This document shows positions 59,811 through 64,000 of a DNA stretch of 64,000 bases, one piece after another. The position numbers and the translations under genes were made by a program. Position 1 is the first letter of the stretch; the number at the start of each line of letters is the position of its first letter. The stretch comes from an uncultured delta proteobacterium (GTDB lineage: Bacteria; Desulfobacterota; Binatia; DP-6): positions 608,001-672,000 of the forward strand of contig CAWFFN010000007.1 of assembly GCA_963815115.1 (NCBI GenBank), written 5' to 3'. A model generated the notes under the pieces. The model ran no database searches and was not told the origin of the DNA. It saw only the letters and a program-made list of their open reading frames with translations.

Positions 59811-59849
59811 GAGAGCGGCACAGGAGACGCTACCGGAACCAGGCGCGAA

Positions 59850-59972
59850 GGTGATGCACTCCGGTGACCGGATGGGACGCCACCGGCAGATGCGCCGGCC
59901 GATCTCGATCATGAGCAGCGTGCCGGCGAAGGCGCCGCCGGCGAAAATCGAACCCGCGACCCACTGGTTCAT
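59850..59972 (-). pseudogene. N-terminal fragment of a membrane protein (DUF4239-like)
   Basis: MNQWVAGSIFAGGAFAGTLLMIEIGRRI.. forms one TM helix ending EIGRR, then the frame runs antisense into the sulfatase. Confidence 0.4.
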
Positions 59973-60300
59973 GGTCCGTCAGAGACGACCTCAGGACAGT
60001 GGAAAAGGCAACATGAGCAGCACGAGCAGTCGGCCGCCGACCACCCCCCCGGCGGGTCATTGCGCCCACTCCAGCCGAAACCCCCGCCGCCCGAGATCCT
60101 CCGAGTCGAGGAACAGTCACCGATTTCTGGCCAGCTCTCATGCTGGGGCCAGCCCCGCTGCCCCCGAGCCGGGCAGGCGATCACGGTCGCGATCAGCGCG
60201 GGTACGAGCGGCATCGAGAGCCGCACTGATCGCATTCTACCAAGGGACAGTATCCAGGGGTCCTGCCGAGGGCTATGCCTCGGTGCAGTAGACCGCAACG

Positions 60301-60711
60301 CAATCCGCCGCCCTCATCGCGCTCGAGCCCGATCCCATCCTTCCCGCCCAGCTCATTGGCCGCTGCCGCCTCGATGCCTCGGCGATGCCGGAGAAGCGCC
60401 TCCTGCTCGCAGTGCTCGAGGAAGCGGTGATCACGTTCCAGCGCTACACGACGAGCACGCGGCGCCGCGGACAGCGACTCTTCCGGGAGGCCGAGGCGTG
60501 GATCGTATCGGACGACGTGTGCTGGGCGTGCAGCTTTGAGAACGTCTGCGACGTGCTCGGATTCGACAGCCAGTATCTGCGCCAGGGACTGCTGGCCTGG
60601 CGCGACCGCCAGCGACGCACAAAGACGGCACCGGCGCCGTACCGACATCCCTTCCGCCGCCTCAGCGGATCCCGCACCCGCGCCATCGGACGCCCGATCG
60701 GCATCGGATGA
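60301..60711 (+). CDS. Conserved hypothetical protein (PEKRL.LAVLE.A / EAE.WI / SFEN.C..LG family)
   Basis: Typical codon usage and helical motifs. The frame is open back to 60292 (LEPDPILPAQ) but the first ATG is at 60385, so the start is uncertain. Confidence 0.65.
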   Translation, partial: QSAALIALEPDPILPAQLIGRCRLDASAMPEKRLLLAVLEEAVITFQRYTTSTRRRGQRLFREAEAWIVSDDVCWACSFENVCDVLGFDSQYLRQGLLAWRDRQRRTKTAPAPYRHPFRRLSGSRTRAIGRPIGIG

Positions 60712-60899
60712 TCACCCGTCCTCGCGATCCGTGTCCGGTTAGAAGGGATCCTCGCTGCGAACCCTGGTGTGCATCCTGTTGATATACTATTGACTTTCGC
60801 GTTTCGCTCGGGTCGGGCTTGATGTCAGCGGGGGTACGTTACGGACGGATTTCTCAGGGGCTCGAGACGCGCCCATAGGCGCACGCCCGGATCCGAGGC

Positions 60900-63800
60900 G
60901 TGGGCGTGAGCTCCGCCGCGTTGGGGGCTGTGGCCCTCCGCCTCGTCCTGCTTGCCGCACTCCTCCCCGCCGCGACCGCCGCGGCGGCGCCGGTCCCCTC
61001 TCTGACCACCACCGACCCCGGTGAGATCTTCCAAGGAACCGGGTTCACCTCGCAGGTCTGCCTCAAGAACTCCGGCTCCGCGGGATCGATCGGCTTCGAG
61101 CCCGAGCTCGGTCTCGTCCTTCCGCCGGGCGTCACCTTCGTCGGCGCGACGTTCCAGGGTCTCACCGTCCGGACGAACGCGATGGGAACATGCACCGACC
61201 CGGCAGGGTGCACGTTCACCGACCCCGCCTCCGGGACTCTCCGTCACGGTTGCGAACGGCGAGTCGGCGCTCTCGCTCAGCTACCCCGTCGGCTCGGTGG
61301 GGACCGACCTGATCCCGCTGTGCATGGACATGAGCTTCACGCTGGCCGGCTCGCCGACGACCAGCGTCGGCCAGCCGCTCCAGATCGGCGTGATCCCGAT
61401 CTTCACCCTCGGCGCCGACGCGATCGACAATCCGGAGACCGACCCCCCGATCACGGGCGGCAGGCAGGACCTCACCGTCATCCCGACCGTGCTTAAGCTG
61501 GAGAAGTCCCTCCCCGCGCCCGAGGGCGAGACCGCGACGGGGCCGAACTTCCCGCGCACCGTGTCGCTCCTGGTGCGGTTGCCCCGGGCGAGTCGGTGCA
61601 GAACGTGGTCGTCCAGGACGTCCTCCCGCCGACCCTGCAGTTCCAGGCGTTGACCGACGCGGCCGGATGCTCGCAGACCGAGGTCCCGAGCACCTCGGTG
61701 CCCGGGCGGCACCTTGACGCTCGGCTGCGGCACGGTGACCACCGACCGGACCATCACCTTCACCGTCTTCGTGCCCGACCTGGACGCCGGCGGGGTGCCG
61801 GTCCTGAGCCACGCGTCGCCGAGTGCCCGGCCGATCGTGAACGACTCCAAGGCATCGGCGACGTTCGACGACGATGCCAACCCGGCCACGCCGCCCGTGA
61901 CCATCAGCGACGACGCTGCGCCCACCGACGCCACGATCACGGCCAAGGCCGCACCGATCAGGAAGTCGGTCGGGATCGTCACCGACCAGGCGCCCCTCGG
62001 GCTCACCCCCGGCGATACCCTCGAGTACACGATCGTGCTCGACGTGTCGGACTTCTTCAGCCTCACCCAGCTCACGTTCACCGATGAGCTGGGCGACGGA
62101 CAGACCTTCGACTCGTCCTTCACGCCGACGTTCGACGTGCGCGAGAACGGCGTCACCACCAGCGGGAGCTTCGCCCTGGGCACGTCGTATGGCGTGGCCG
62201 CCAAGGACGCATCGGGCCAGACGGCCGTCACGCTCGACCTGTCGCGCGCCCTGACGGACGCGGGCCGGGACGCCATCCTCGCCGGGGACGCGAGCCGCCG
62301 ACGGCGCGATCGGCCAGGGCGCCACCACGGCCACCATCAAGTTCCGCGCCGTCGTCGATGCGGCGTTCACGCGGCCCCGTATCGGGGACGCCGGATCTCG
62401 ACGACGGCGATCCCATCGACAACTCGGTGAGCCTCACCACGCAGGTCGTGGGCGGCGGGCTGCTGTCGCCCGTGGACAGCAGCGACACGCAGATCCGGGT
62501 CGTGACGCCCCAGCCCTTCGTGAAGTCCGTCTATGCCTTCAACGGCAGCACGACGTTGCCGAGCCCGCTCCTGGTCGGAGCCGGCGACACGGTCACCTTC
62601 CGGCTGAAGGTCGACCTCTCGGCGACGACGTTCGAGATGCCCAGGCTGGTGGACTACCTGCCCCTGCCCCTGTTCGAGGCAACCGAGGTCGTCGGACTCG
62701 ATACCGTCAATGACATTCCGGCAGCGGGTCGATTTGGCCGGGGACCGGACGACACCCTGGTGCCGCAGCTTCCCAGCTTCACCTTCAACGTCGATCCGGC
62801 GCAGAACTCGTTGACCTTCACGCGCACCCGCGTTCACGCCGTCGGGTCCGGCCATACTCGACCTCCTCTTCACGGTCACTGCCACCACCGATCCCGTCGC
62901 CGATCGCCTCGACTTCCTGAACATCGCCACCGCGGATCGCACCAACAGCTTCGGCGAGCCGTTCACCGACACGTCAGCGGCGCCGGTCACGACCCGCGCG
63001 CCACAGCTCACCATCACCAAGGAGATCGTCGGCTCGACCAACGGCAGCTCCGGCGCTACCACGCCGCCGGCGGGATTCGACGCGGGCTGGCAGAACGCGG
63101 ACGGCGGCGATCAGATCACGTTCCGCCTGCACGTCGAGAACCACGGCAGCCGCGATGCGGTCGACGTCCGGCTACAGGACCGCTGGGCGCAGCAGGGCGC
63201 CGCGGGCCAGGGATACTCGTCCTGCACGATCGATTCGATCGCCGACGGCGCCGGCACGCCGCTCGCCTTCACCGGCGACCTCTTCGCCGGTACGCTCGCG
63301 CTCACCGATCCGCTGCCGGCGAACACCAATCAGACGCTCGACCCAGACGAGCAGGCGCTGATCACCTTCACCTGCACCGTCGACCCGCAGTTCTCGCCCG
63401 GGCAGCCGATCGACGACACGGCCCAGCTGACGAACTACGCGGCCATTGCCGGCGGTCCGAACTACGCCACCAACACGCTCCAGCTCGTCCGCAAGGCGCG
63501 GGTGAGCCTGCGCGGCGTCACCGGCATCACGAAGCAGATCACCGGCTCGTCGCTGCCGGGCTCGACGCCCAACAGCAACGTCAACAAGGGCGAGCAGCTC
63601 ACCTTCCAGATCGTGACGACCCTCTCGGAGGGGACGTATCCGGGATTCGCGCTCACCGACAGCACGACCACCATCCCGTCGCCGTTGACCTGCGGCAGCG
63701 GCGGAGTGGCGTGCAGCGCCAACGTGAGCGTCAACGGAACCACCGTCTCGGTGGCGTCCACGCCGCAGAGCACGTCCGGCACCATCACCTACACCTACAC

Positions 63801-64000
63801 GCAGCAGAAGACGGCGGCGGGCAGCAACACGGCGGCGGTGGCGGCGTCGAACGACCCGGGCGGCTCGGCGAGCACGAGCTGGACCCTGGACAATCCCAAT
63901 CCCACCATCGCGAAGACGCTCGCTCCGTCGTCGGTGCAGGCCGGTGACGTCGTCACCATCACGCTCCAGCTCGGGAACTCCGACAGCAACAACCCCATGT
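60900..64000 (+). CDS. Giant secreted surface protein with DUF11/isopeptide-type Ig-like repeats, about 6 frameshifts, runs off window
   Basis: Signal peptide ending AAA-A; KLEKS..EGETATGPNFP, IRKSV...PGDTLEYTI, FVKSV...GDTVTFRL, LTITKE, GITKQ..GEQLTF and IAKTL...AGDVVTITL. The protein-like frame jumps at about 61236, 61577, 61706, 62296, 62375 and 62825. Confidence 0.8.

Noticed and set aside
54396-59972. 909-aa and 928-aa minus-strand ORFs
   Set aside because: Antisense to the sulfatases. Only the first ~35 codons from 59972 look like a real gene remnant.

Overview
Very GC-rich bacterial DNA. Gene order and protein families suggest an uncultured Deltaproteobacteria-related lineage such as Candidatus Binatia/Binatota (inference, not tested). 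1-15.1 kb is a minus-strand housekeeping block: tilS-ftsH(frameshifted)-cdaA-cdaR-glmM-aminotransferase-pdxJ-nnr-tsaE-aspartokinase-cimA-cysteine desulfurase-mnmA. 15-27.5 kb holds large secreted Cys-rich proteins: an atypical subtilase, a 12-blade NHL protein with 76-aa 12-Cys repeats, and a divergent protein with 28 tandem disintegrin-loop-like repeats. The last two appear to share an unrecognised C-terminal domain. 27.6-52.6 kb is accessory: sulfatase, SDRs, P450 with a PsrA-like operator, a 1400-aa sigma54-activator/pseudo-cyclase/STAND/TPR fusion facing a GG-N10-GC sigma54 promoter of a methyltransferase-hydrolase pair, an RHH-VapC TA module, an ECF sigma, a PadR-ABC ATPase-cis-prenyltransferase-ABC permease operon and an ABC-2 exporter. 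52.8-60 kb is a decaying sulfatase cluster with gene remnants. 60.9-64 kb is a frameshifted giant surface protein. A ~100-bp two-hairpin REP-like repeat with GNA triloops sits just after the stop codons of three genes. No rRNA, tRNA, CRISPR array or transposase was seen.
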